From sequence record OR836606.1: a stretch of 64,000 nucleotides of DNA; one strand, written 5' to 3'. The position numbers and the translations under genes are program-made. The DNA is from Staphylococcus phage LY01. Each line of letters opens with the position of its first letter. The first letter of the stretch is position 1. This document shows, in pieces, positions 30,593 through 38,737 of the stretch. Under the pieces are notes generated by a model. It had not been told where the DNA came from, made no database searches, and saw only the letters and a program-made list of their open reading frames with translations.

Positions 30593-31339
30593 ACCCAGTT
30601 GATTTACATATGATAATGTATCTTCAAATACTTTCATAACCGGAACTACTCCTGAAGCGGCACCTTCTACACCTTTAATTGGATCATTATCTGCACGTAG
30701 ATTTGATAAACTGATTCCACAGCCTCCGCCTCTTTTACTTAATTGAGCTACGTTAGTAACAGTTCTATAAATTGAAGCTAGAGAATCTTCCATTGTAACT
30801 AAGAAACAACTTATTAACTCACCAGAACGTTTTCTACCTGAATTGAGAAATGTCGGTGTAGCGGGTTGGAAAGTTCCTGTAATGATTTCTTTAGCGATAT
30901 TCTTAGCTAATTCTTCATCTCCATCAGCTAAATATAAAGCTACAAATAAAATTCTATCTTCATATAGTTCTAATAAAATCTCCCCAGCATCATCTTTCAT
31001 TGCATACTGTTCATAGAATTTTTTAGCCCCCAATAAGCGAGTAAATCTATGCTTATAAGCCATTAATTCTTTCATTAATCCTTTAATGAACTCAAAATCA
31101 TAATTATTGATCATATCGCCATCAATATAATCATTATCAACTAGATAATTAATTTTTTCTTTATATGTTTTAAAGTATCTTACATTCTTATTAACTGAAT
31201 CTAAGAAATATTTTTTAACTGAAGCTAATTCAAATTCTAAATCTAAATTACCGTCTTTTAATTGTGACCCTCTTGAGTTTAATTCGTTATATGAATAATC
31301 TTTAAATTTTTCTGAAGTTAAATCAATTTCTTTTGGCAT
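30593..31339 (-). CDS. nrdE: NrdE exon 1 (248 aa; FQPATPTFLNSGRK...SCFL...KRGGGCG)
   Basis: N-terminal RNR large-subunit motifs. The stop codon TAA at 30590-30592 is the first 3 nt of the intron. Confidence 0.8.
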
Positions 31340-31368
31340 TTTATTAAAGTCTCCTTTTATATAGCTTA

Positions 31369-32082
31369 TTAATTTATTTCTTGTATTGCTTTTAAAATTT
31401 CTCTTTTATTATAATTTATCATTTCTTTATCATACTTCATGATAACTTTTTCCAAATTCTTTACAATATCTTCGAAAATTTTTTCTGACTTTGGATATTT
31501 TAAACCAAATCTTGTTGGTTCATAAACTAATATATGTTCGATACTACTTAAAGTGTTAGAAAAAGAGTACCAAAATGATATTTGATCTGAAGATTTCCTA
31601 AAAGATAAAGTTCTTAAATCTTTTATCTTAGATTTTTTAGATATTTTTGTAGGTTTACCATTTGGTTTAAAATAATATGATACGTCTGAAGAGTTTATTT
31701 TCTTATCCTTCAAAAAACCTCCATTTTTATTAATTTCAGAAATTCCTTCTTTTATATAATTCGGAGAATTTTCTATAAAATTAATCATAAGTTTTTTACC
31801 GGATTTCTGAAATTGTTCATGGTCCATTGTATTTAATTTATCTTCTTTTAATTCATTCCATTTATCAATAAATAATTTTAATATATTTTCTTCTATATGA
31901 GAATTGGAGGTTTTTATAGAAAATGAATTATTTTTTATATTTCCATTCTTTTTATAATCTTCATTTACTTTTTGATAATATTTTAATATACCCTTACTGA
32001 TATTATCATTTTCATTTTCTATTTTTTGACTATTGTTTTTAAATGATTTAACTGAGCTGTAATGAATTATATTTTCTTCCAT
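31369..32082 (-). CDS. hypothetical protein (237 aa)
   Basis: ORF between nrdI and nrdE. Confidence 0.45.
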   Translation of the reverse strand: MEENIIHYSSVKSFKNNSQKIENENDNISKGILKYYQKVNEDYKKNGNIKNNSFSIKTSNSHIEENILKLFIDKWNELKEDKLNTMDHEQFQKSGKKLMINFIENSPNYIKEGISEINKNGGFLKDKKINSSDVSYYFKPNGKPTKISKKSKIKDLRTLSFRKSSDQISFWYSFSNTLSSIEHILVYEPTRFGLKYPKSEKIFEDIVKNLEKVIMKYDKEMINYNKREILKAIQEIN

Positions 32083-32106
32083 ATTTTAAATTCTCCTTAC
32101 GGTATG

Positions 32107-32511
32107 TTAACTTATAATACTAGAGTTACTTAACATTTCTAATTTTTTATTTAATTCTAAATGCTCATTTTTTATTCCATGAAGCTCAATTCCCATTATT
32201 AATTTTTTATTGAAATCTTTACATAATTTTTTAGGTGTAGTCAAGAATTCATAATTGAGATTTCTATTACCTGAACCAACTATACCTACACAGTTCATTA
32301 AATTATTACCCTTATTAAAGAATTTTTCTATATGATTATATACTGCATGCGGAGTATTATAAGAACCGCAAATAAGAACATATTCTTCATTAATTTCTAT
32401 ATCTTCACAATTATTTTTATTAAGTTCAATAGGTTCGCCGATTATTGATTTATCTAATTTATGTGCAAATATTTTACTATTACCTGTTAATGTAAAATAA
32501 ACTAATCTCAT
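32107..32511 (-). CDS. nrdI: NrdI flavodoxin-like protein (134 aa)
   Basis: N-terminus MRLVYFTLTGNSKIF matches the NrdI LVYFSS.TGNT signature. Size and position in the RNR cluster fit. Confidence 0.6.
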   Translation of the reverse strand: MRLVYFTLTGNSKIFAHKLDKSIIGEPIELNKNNCEDIEINEEYVLICGSYNTPHAVYNHIEKFFNKGNNLMNCVGIVGSGNRNLNYEFLTTPKKLCKDFNKKLIMGIELHGIKNEHLELNKKLEMLSNSSIIS

Positions 32512-32592
32512 TTAAATCTCTCCAAAATATAAAATTTTTCGTTAAAAAGAGATCCATCATAGGTTATCCCTATGATAGATCAATTATATTTC

Positions 32593-32793
32593 TTAATATC
32601 CTACTTGACGATAATCCCATTTCCAATAAGTTCCATCTGATGAGAATGAATAATTCCAACCTTCAATACTAAAGTTATAGTTGTATTCTCCTTCATGAAC
32701 AGCTTTTGTATTTAATTCATTATCGTTATTTCTAGCTTTCTCAGCTAATTTTTTAAAATCCACTTCTTCTGGACTGTTAAAAATAGTTTGCAT
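32593..32793 (-). CDS. hypothetical small protein (66 aa)
   Basis: Short ORF with W/Y-rich C-terminus. Confidence 0.3.
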   Translation of the reverse strand: MQTIFNSPEEVDFKKLAEKARNNDNELNTKAVHEGEYNYNFSIEGWNYSFSSDGTYWKWDYRQVGY

Positions 32794-32819
32794 AACTAAA
32801 ATCTCCTTTATTATATTAA

Positions 32820-33059
32820 TTAAGCATTAACTGTAGATAAAATTTGATTTAATTTAGCAGGATCATTACCAACGATTACATCTGTTCCAAAATCAATTAC
32901 AGGCAATGATTGATAACCTTTAGATAAAAGTTCTTCTTTAGCACTTTCATCTTCATCAATATTAATTTCAGTATAATCAACACCTTTATTATTTAAAAAC
33001 ATTTTACTGAAACCACATTTAGCGCAGTTATTCTTAGTATAAAATTTAATTTGTTCCAT
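32820..33059 (-). CDS. nrdH: NrdH/glutaredoxin-like redoxin (79 aa)
   Basis: Thioredoxin-fold CxxC (NCAKCGF) near the N-terminus. Length typical of NrdH. Adjacent to nrdI/nrdE/nrdF. Confidence 0.6.
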   Translation of the reverse strand: MEQIKFYTKNNCAKCGFSKMFLNNKGVDYTEINIDEDESAKEELLSKGYQSLPVIDFGTDVIVGNDPAKLNQILSTVNA

Positions 33060-33101
33060 CTTTTAATCAAACCTCTTTCTTATAATTTTTAATAATATAT
33101 T

Positions 33102-33848
33102 TTAGTATTTCTTAAGAATACCATTTATTACTTTGATAAAGTCTTCGTTCTGATCTAATTTATTGCCGAATTTTCCAATATAGTCAACATTTTCAGAAAG
33201 AGATTTTATATAGTAAGGATATTTTTCATAATTTTGCGACATGTATGAACCTAATGAACACATAAATTTGTATAATATATTTGATTCTTTAAAACTATCA
33301 TTATCTAAAGCATTTTTTAAATTATCATAAATTCCTTCTAAATCAATGTAGTTATATTCATTATTTTCATTTCCATGTAACTTATTATATCTATAAATTT
33401 TCATATTTAATTTTTCATTTAATTTTTTAAGTTTATTTTCACTAACAGGCAATTTACTAATATTAATATTCTCTACAAGATGTTTAGCTTCTTTACTATC
33501 TTTAATTTGCTGAATAATATTTTCAATATATTTAGTGTCTTTTATCTTTATATTTTTAAGAGGTTTAAGTCTTTCAGGAATATCATCTTCACTATCAAAA
33601 CTTAAATCACCATTGATAAAGTCCAATTTTTCTTGGTATCTATTAACTTTAGCATCTACTGAAATAGTATCATTAAGACTAATACTGTCTTTACCATAAT
33701 ATGAAGCTATTTCTTTATTAATCTTTTCTTTAGTTTCTTCTAATTCTTTCTCAATTTTTTCATTTTCTTTTTCAAATTCCTCATTAGCCCGTTCTATATC
33801 TTGTTCTAATTTTTCTAAATTCAATTCTTTGTTCTTATCTTCAGTCAT
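33102..33848 (-). CDS. hypothetical coiled-coil protein (248 aa)
   Basis: ORF with E/K-rich N-terminus. Confidence 0.45.
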   Translation of the reverse strand: MTEDKNKELNLEKLEQDIERANEEFEKENEKIEKELEETKEKINKEIASYYGKDSISLNDTISVDAKVNRYQEKLDFINGDLSFDSEDDIPERLKPLKNIKIKDTKYIENIIQQIKDSKEAKHLVENINISKLPVSENKLKKLNEKLNMKIYRYNKLHGNENNEYNYIDLEGIYDNLKNALDNDSFKESNILYKFMCSLGSYMSQNYEKYPYYIKSLSENVDYIGKFGNKLDQNEDFIKVINGILKKY

Positions 33849-33872
33849 TTTAGTTTTTCTCCTTATATATTA

Positions 33873-34682
33873 TTATTTATACTTATTTATAAAATAATAT
33901 TGAACTTCTCGATGTAATACATTATTTTCTATAAAAGAATCTTTAAATACATTAATTAAATGGTTTTCAAATCTAACATCTGTTACAGACTGTTCTACTA
34001 ACATTCTATCAATTTGATAGTTGTTTAATTCAGATTCTTCATCATAGATAATGGTCTCTATTACATCTTCATTATCAGGAATATGAATACTGTCAATAAT
34101 CTCAGGAATGGAATATACTAAAGGAGTATAATCGTTATCAATAACTTTCTTTAAGTTATTATATGAAAGAGAATTAATGACATCATCGTCCATACTGTCT
34201 TTATAAGTTTTAGCTAATTGCATTATATTCTTTTCAATATAGTTAATAAATAAATTATTTAAAGTTTCTTTTTTATTTAATACAAAGAAATTATACAATG
34301 ATTTAATGTATTGAGCTTTATCTTCAATTAAAATATCTTCTGGAAATTCTAAAGAAAACTGGTAAGTAGTTTCAATAGATTCTTGAATTTCATTAAGAAT
34401 ATCATGATAAACTTGTTTAGTTTTAATTAAAATATCATTATCTTCTTTATATCTTTCTAAAATAAATTTAAATCTAATTTCAAAGTATTCAAAAAAATCT
34501 TTATGGTATTGATTAATATAAAATTGTCTTGTATTTGAATTTTCAATTTGTTCCTTAATATTATCAATCATAATATCTTCAGATATATTCATAATGACTT
34601 CATCATATTCTTCTTTTACCATTTCTAAATCATCTTTATCGTCAATTAAATATGTTTTTGTCAATTTATTTTCACCATCCAT
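33873..34682 (-). CDS. hypothetical acidic protein (269 aa)
   Basis: ORF downstream of the last terminase exon. Confidence 0.45.
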   Translation of the reverse strand: MDGENKLTKTYLIDDKDDLEMVKEEYDEVIMNISEDIMIDNIKEQIENSNTRQFYINQYHKDFFEYFEIRFKFILERYKEDNDILIKTKQVYHDILNEIQESIETTYQFSLEFPEDILIEDKAQYIKSLYNFFVLNKKETLNNLFINYIEKNIMQLAKTYKDSMDDDVINSLSYNNLKKVIDNDYTPLVYSIPEIIDSIHIPDNEDVIETIIYDEESELNNYQIDRMLVEQSVTDVRFENHLINVFKDSFIENNVLHREVQYYFINKYK

Positions 34683-34758
34683 TTTTTATATACTATTTTA
34701 CTAAAATATCTAATACAATCTAGTTAGATTTGTTTTATAAAAATTTGCGATAATAAAT

Positions 34759-34787
34759 AGGTAATGACAAATAATATGTCATTACCT
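34759..34787 (-). terminator. rho-independent terminator (minus strand) after terminase exon 6
   Basis: AGGTAATGACA ... TGTCATTACCT stem, the same family as the 1610-1650 hairpin. U-rich tract on the minus strand. Confidence 0.5.
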
Positions 34788-34796
34788 ATAATATAT

Positions 34797-35201
34797 TTAA
34801 TCTAATAGATTCATTATTCTTTTTGATTTCTGATCTGGAGAAGAATTGTTATTCTGTAATAAAGGATTACTAGGGAGATTACCATCAATAATTCCACTAA
34901 TACGTTTCATGGATGCAATATCTTTTCTTCTAGCTTGTCTTTCTTTTTCAATTTCTTCTGCATTATCTCCATCTGCAGATACCATTGAACCGTATTTAAC
35001 TTTAACAAATTTCTTAATGTCTTTCTCATAGTAATAAGCATATAAACAAAATAGATAACTCATAAGTAAATCGTCATGTCCGCCATCAGGGTGATCAATT
35101 CTACCTTTTTTCATTTGAAGGGATTTTATTTGTTGGAATAATGGTTTATTATTAACTAAATAAGGTTTTTCTTCAACAATCATTGATAAAATTTCATTGA
35201 G
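34797..35201 (-). CDS. terL: terminase large subunit, exon 6 of 6 (LNEILSMIVEEKPY...HPDGGHDDLLMSYLFCLYA...)
   Basis: Contains the terminal catalytic HDD motif followed by a hydrophobic helix, typical of the C-terminal end of the terminase nuclease domain. Reading frame is open upstream of the annotated ATG. The ATG at 35204-35202 is predicted to be the intron's last 3 nt. Confidence 0.7.
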   Translation of the reverse strand, partial: LNEILSMIVEEKPYLVNNKPLFQQIKSLQMKKGRIDHPDGGHDDLLMSYLFCLYAYYYEKDIKKFVKVKYGSMVSADGDNAEEIEKERQARRKDIASMKRISGIIDGNLPSNPLLQNNNSSPDQKSKRIMNLLD

Positions 35202-35389
35202 CATTAGATCTGCTATATAAATTCATGAGTTTAATTTAATTAAAATGAATTTATTCGACTTCGTCATCACTCTGACTTACTTTGCACTTTAAGTTTTTTC
35301 GTTATAAACTACTTCAACAGAAAGCTTTAATCAAAGCAGAGGTTAAAGCTCTTAAGTCATCGCATTTGGACATTTAGAGGAATAAGACC
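35202..35389 (-). ncRNA. predicted TnpB right-end / omega-RNA scaffold region (3' end of IStron)
   Basis: Non-coding, locally GC-richer, stem-rich segment immediately 3' of tnpB, as expected for the IS605-family RE and omega RNA. The guide would correspond to the first ~16-20 nt of terminase exon 6. Confidence 0.4.
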
Positions 35390-36559
35390 TCATTTAGCCT
35401 GCCCAACAAAACGCTTACCATACAGTTTTAAATTGACAGCAGCGTTATAATCTCTATCCATTTTATGTCCACAATCACAGGAATACCATCTATCTGATAG
35501 TTTCAACTTATCTTCTTTAGTTAGAATTTGGCCACAATTAGAACATAATTGAGTTGATGGAAACCATCTGTCAGCTACAATAATAGTATTACCATTGCTT
35601 TCAGCTTTTTGTTCAAGTAAAGTCCTAAACTGTCTCCAATTGGACTGTGCGATTGATTTGGATAGTTTTCTATTTTTAATCATATTTGAAACCTGTAAAT
35701 CTTCAATAGTTATATATTGATAATTGTTAATCAAGTTAGTAGTAATCTTATGAAGATAATCTTTTTTAATATTATTAATTCTATACCATACTTTTTGTAT
35801 TTTGGTTTTCAATACATTGTATTTATTAGAACCATAAACTTTTTTAGATAATCTTTTTTGGTAGTATTTGATTTTATTATAGAGTGAGATTAGTTTATTA
35901 TTTAATGAATGGTATTTTTTAAATTTACCGAAATCATCATTAATAATAGCTAAATCTTTTACACCTAAATCAATACCTACATGACTATTGTTATGAATTA
36001 ATTTTTTACTGTTATCAACTTTCATTACTATCGAAGCGAAATACCTACCAGCATATTTGGATATAGTTACTTCTTGTATAGAATTATAATCTTTGTTTAA
36101 AGGTTCTTTCATTTTAATTAATGAATTTACACCACGCAATTTAAGTTTATTATTTTTCTCACCTTTAATTTGAATAGCGTAAGGATCTTTCCTATAGAAC
36201 CTTGCTCTTAATTTAGATTTCTTTTTAGATTTAAATTTAGGATATTTACCATATCCTTTCCACATCATATTAAATGCTTTACCTAGATCTTCTGTAGAAG
36301 TTTCAATTATCATGATAATTTGATCTTTCTCCCAATCTTCTTTACATTTTTTAAGTTCATCACGAACTCTACGATGAGTTGGTTTTGGTAAAGATTTATC
36401 AATTTGATAATTATTCCACATATATTTCCATTTATTAAGTGCCTTGTTATAAATATAACGACTATATCCAAAAGCTTGATTAAATATCTCTCGTTGTTCT
36501 TTATTAGGTTTCAATTCGATTTTTATAGATTTGTACATGTGATTTTCACCTCGATTCAT
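35390..36559 (-). CDS. tnpB: TnpB (IS605/IS1341-family OrfB RNA-guided nuclease, 389 aa)
   Basis: N-terminal YKSIKIELKPNKEQ...FNQAFGYSRYIYN HTH-like start. RuvC-I GIDLGVKDLA, RuvC-II ITIEDL, zinc ribbon CSNCG...CDCGH, RuvC-III DRDYNAAVNL. Intact frame. Confidence 0.85.
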   Translation of the reverse strand: MNRGENHMYKSIKIELKPNKEQREIFNQAFGYSRYIYNKALNKWKYMWNNYQIDKSLPKPTHRRVRDELKKCKEDWEKDQIIMIIETSTEDLGKAFNMMWKGYGKYPKFKSKKKSKLRARFYRKDPYAIQIKGEKNNKLKLRGVNSLIKMKEPLNKDYNSIQEVTISKYAGRYFASIVMKVDNSKKLIHNNSHVGIDLGVKDLAIINDDFGKFKKYHSLNNKLISLYNKIKYYQKRLSKKVYGSNKYNVLKTKIQKVWYRINNIKKDYLHKITTNLINNYQYITIEDLQVSNMIKNRKLSKSIAQSNWRQFRTLLEQKAESNGNTIIVADRWFPSTQLCSNCGQILTKEDKLKLSDRWYSCDCGHKMDRDYNAAVNLKLYGKRFVGQAK

Positions 36560-36599
36560 ATTTCTAAATGATTTAGAATTTATAATTCATTGTTTAATA

Positions 36600-37140
36600 T
36601 ATCGAGGTAAAAATTATTTTAATTAAATTAAACTCACGAATTCCAGAAATCCCTTTCAGGTTCTGTTAAATAGCAAGACTATATCATGATCCATTAAATC
36701 AATGGACCCCTCGCACTTCGAAAAACTTCTGATGAAGTTAATCTACTCTACTCACTTCACATAGTATTTCAACTATGCTTATTCAGGTTAATCAAACCTG
36801 TGCTTTCGATAGTCGTTGAACGTTTATCCATCATGTGGACACTTCGCTGCTAGACTTCCCATTGTTTACAAACTTTAGCGATCTAGGGTTTTCACCTAGA
36901 CTTGTTTTCAGCATAGTTCATCTTAGAGATTTTTTCTGTCTTTCGACTGCATGTCACGCTATCCATTACTGGCATACGTTGTAGCTCTCTAAGCTTTAGG
37001 GTTTTACAAGCAATTCACGAGGTATTTTTACCACTAATTTCATGAATTAAAATTAGTTTAATTTACTTATATAGTAGCAGAGCGTGAAACATGAATTAAT
37101 AAGAATTTAAGTCTTAATTCACTTAAAATATCTTAAATTA
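36600..37140 (-). ncRNA. full-size group I ribozyme core of the IStron (5' part)
   Basis: P/Q/R/S elements in canonical order on the minus strand. Long peripheral insertions. P9-like hairpin CAGAA.../...UUCUG before the tnpB start. Begins immediately after the terminase exon 5 sense codon, so the in-frame UAA is the first 3 intron nt. Confidence 0.65.
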
Positions 37141-37977
37141 AAACTGTTTCGTTACTCTAGATTTTTTAGTTGTATCAATACCATATCTTCTTACTTGTTT
37201 GGTAACTTTATTAGTGCTATTTCTAGGAATTTCATTAAATACTTGCTTATTAACTTCAACTTGTTTTTCTGCTACTCTATTCTTTAATGAGTAGAAAATA
37301 TTGTCTCCAATACCATCAGTTTGAATCATATCTTCTATCATTACAGTACCTGCATAGTTACGTTCAGGTATTAATACTGCATTAGGTATATAAAGCGTAA
37401 TAAGTTCTTTAATTAATTTTCTAAAAGTAGGTCCATTAATTACATTATTTTGGAAAATCATTACAGGCTCTAATGTACCTGGATCAACTACAGTAAATGC
37501 AGTATTATCTCGACCAAGACCACCAGATATATCAATACCAACAAGCCAGTTCTTTTCATGCATATTATCCATCTTTTTAACCATATAAACATAATAAGTT
37601 TTACCATTTATTTTAAAATCAATAGTATTATATATCTCTTTATTTGCATATAATGATAATTCTGACATTTGTTGTTCATCAAATAAAGAATCATCGTTAC
37701 TAAACGCCCATTCAAGAAGTATCTCACGTTTAACTGCTTCTAAAGAACCAATTTGACGTTTTTGCTTTTCTAACCAAGCATCATCTTTACCTAATTCTTT
37801 ATATGAATATTCTATATAGATGAATGAATTGCCTGAATTACTTTCCATATACTCTTCTAATTTTTCATTACCCTCTTCTTCAGAATTAATGTAATAATCA
37901 TATATTTTTTCTGTCCATTGTGCTGCATCATTCATTTGCTCAAAGAAGAACTGTCCTTGAGGTACATCCAAAGTACT
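37141..37977 (-). CDS. terL: terminase large subunit, exon 5 of 6 (nuclease domain: STLDVPQGQ...WLVGIDISGGLGRDNTAF...)
   Basis: RNase H-like terminase nuclease motifs (first catalytic Asp in GIDISGG). The annotated ATG at 37980-37978 is predicted to be the intron 4 3' end. The stop at 37138-37140 is the IStron's first 3 nt. Confidence 0.75.
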
Positions 37978-38138
37978 CATATTTTTTATCCTATATTAAT
38001 TTAATATAGATAAGACTATATCTTAGTATATTATAATACCATTTATTATTTAGTCGTTAAACAAGTATTATCAACTTGATGCTGATTGTCTTAATAAAGA
38101 TTTTCCAGCAATTAAATAAATAAGCCCAGTTTAATTTT
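37978..38138 (-). ncRNA. miniature group I intron, terminase intron 4 (161 nt)
   Basis: IGS GGGCUU pairs with exon end GCCU (terminal U.G). P AAUUGCUGGAAAAUC, Q AAUCAGCAUC, R GUUUAACGACUAAAUA, S GAUAUAGUCU, P9 CUAUAUUAAAUUAAUAUAG, ends ...AUAUG. Confidence 0.7.
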
Positions 38139-38210
38139 AGGCGTTGTTGTAATTAGAAGACCATAAGGTGTGCCATTTTTCTTAGCTATTGCAGATGCTG
38201 TAGAAACTGC
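38139..38210 (-). CDS. terL: terminase large subunit, exon 4 of 6 (72 nt: AVSTASAIAKKNGTPYGLLITTTP)
   Basis: Encodes the ATPase coupling motif III (ITTT), as in T4 gp17. Exactly 24 codons between two predicted introns. Confidence 0.65.
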
Positions 38211-38370
38211 CTTTTAATATTAATCTACATGGATTCCATATAGAATAGACTATATCTTAGTATTATATTAATACTATTTATTATTTAGTCGTTGAACACT
38301 ATAAATAGCGATGCTGATCGTCTTAATAAAGATTTTCCAGCAATTAAATAAATAAGCCCGCATTAATTTC
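38211..38370 (-). ncRNA. miniature group I intron, terminase intron 3 (160 nt)
   Basis: IGS GCGGGCUU pairs with exon end GAGGCCU (terminal U.G). P/Q/R/S elements. P9 CUAUAUGG/CCAUGUAG. Tail UUAAUAUUAAAAG. Confidence 0.7.
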
Positions 38371-38440
38371 AGGCCTCATTGCTTCAAACATTGTTTGGTT
38401 GTGTGGAATGAATGCCCACTCATCCAACCAGACCATAGGT
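38371..38440 (-). CDS. terL: terminase large subunit, exon 3 of 6 (70 nt: ..PMVWLDEWAFIPHNQTMFEAMRP)
   Basis: Encodes the Walker B/catalytic carboxylate region (VWLDEWAFIP, compare T4 gp17 IYIDECAFIP). Frame is phase 1 and is completed by the 14-nt micro-exon. Confidence 0.65.
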
Positions 38441-38596
38441 CATTATGTTAACTATATTTAAAAAATATAGATCAGACTATATCATACTCATATAAATAAG
38501 TGAATATATTTAGTCGTTGAACACTATAATTAGTGATGCTGATTAAGATAATAATCTATTCCAGCAATTAATATTCTTTTACTACTGCAACTATCT
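38441..38596 (-). ncRNA. miniature group I intron, terminase intron 2 (156 nt)
   Basis: P1: micro-exon end CUACUGU pairs with IGS GCAGUAG (7 bp, terminal U.G). P AAUUGCUGGAAUAG, Q AAUCAGCAUC, R GUUCAACGACUAAAUA, S GAUAUAGUCU, P9 CUAUAUUUUUUAAAUAUAG, tail UUAACAUAAUG. Confidence 0.6.
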
Positions 38597-38610
38597 ACAG
38601 TAGAACCACG
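38597..38610 (-). CDS. terL: terminase large subunit, micro-exon 2 of 6 (14 nt: CGUGGUUCUACUGU)
   Basis: The only segment length that restores frame between exon 1 (ends with the complete codon GGU) and exon 3 (phase 1). Bounded by omega-G of intron 1 (AAAAUAG|) and the U.G pair of the intron 2 P1. Confidence 0.5.
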
Positions 38611-38737
38611 CTATTTTAGACTATATCTTCAATTTTATAATTGTCTTTTATTTAGTCGTTGAACACATATGTGATGCTGATCAAATTAAATAATTTGTCC
38701 CAGCAATTAAAAAGATTTATAGCAAGCCATGATATTA
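38611..38737 (-). ncRNA. miniature group I intron, terminase intron 1 (127 nt, no P9 hairpin)
   Basis: IGS AUGGCUUGCU pairs with exon end AGCAGGU (7 bp, terminal U.G). P AAUUGCUGGG, P5 CAAAUU/AAUUUG, Q AUCAGCAUC, P6 ACAU/AUGU, R GUUCAACGACUAAAUA, P8 CAAUU/AAUUG, S GAUAUAGUCU, then AAAAUAG|. Confidence 0.6.

Larger units (their letters stand above)
35202..37140 (-). mobile_element. IStron-like element (~1939 nt): group I intron fused to an IS605-family tnpB insertion sequence, inserted in the terminase large subunit gene
   Basis: 5' portion (37140 to ~36600, minus strand) has group I core elements: P AAUUGCUUGUAAAACC, Q ACAAGUC, R GUUCAACGACUAUCG, S AUGAUAUAGUCUUGC, with long P5, P6 and P8 extensions. 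Then comes an intact tnpB ORF, then a ~190-nt GC-richer structured 3' region. Flanking exons join in frame (…VTKQF|LNEILSM…) and reconstitute a terminase nuclease domain. Confidence 0.75.

Noticed and set aside
36560-37137. Treating 36560-37137 as a plain 3' UTR or intergenic spacer after terminase
   Set aside because: It contains R/S/P/Q group I elements in the minus orientation, and the downstream ORF 34797-35204 completes the terminase nuclease domain. The region is better explained as the ribozyme half of an IStron.
37981-38734. Four ~110-bp repeats between terminase fragments, read as MITE-like insertions or gene decay (pseudogenised terminase)
   Set aside because: All copies are in the sense orientation of the host genes and carry group I P/Q/R/S and IGS elements with P4 covariation. 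Predicted splicing restores frame and conserved ATPase motifs exactly. A DNA-level transposon explanation does not predict any of this.
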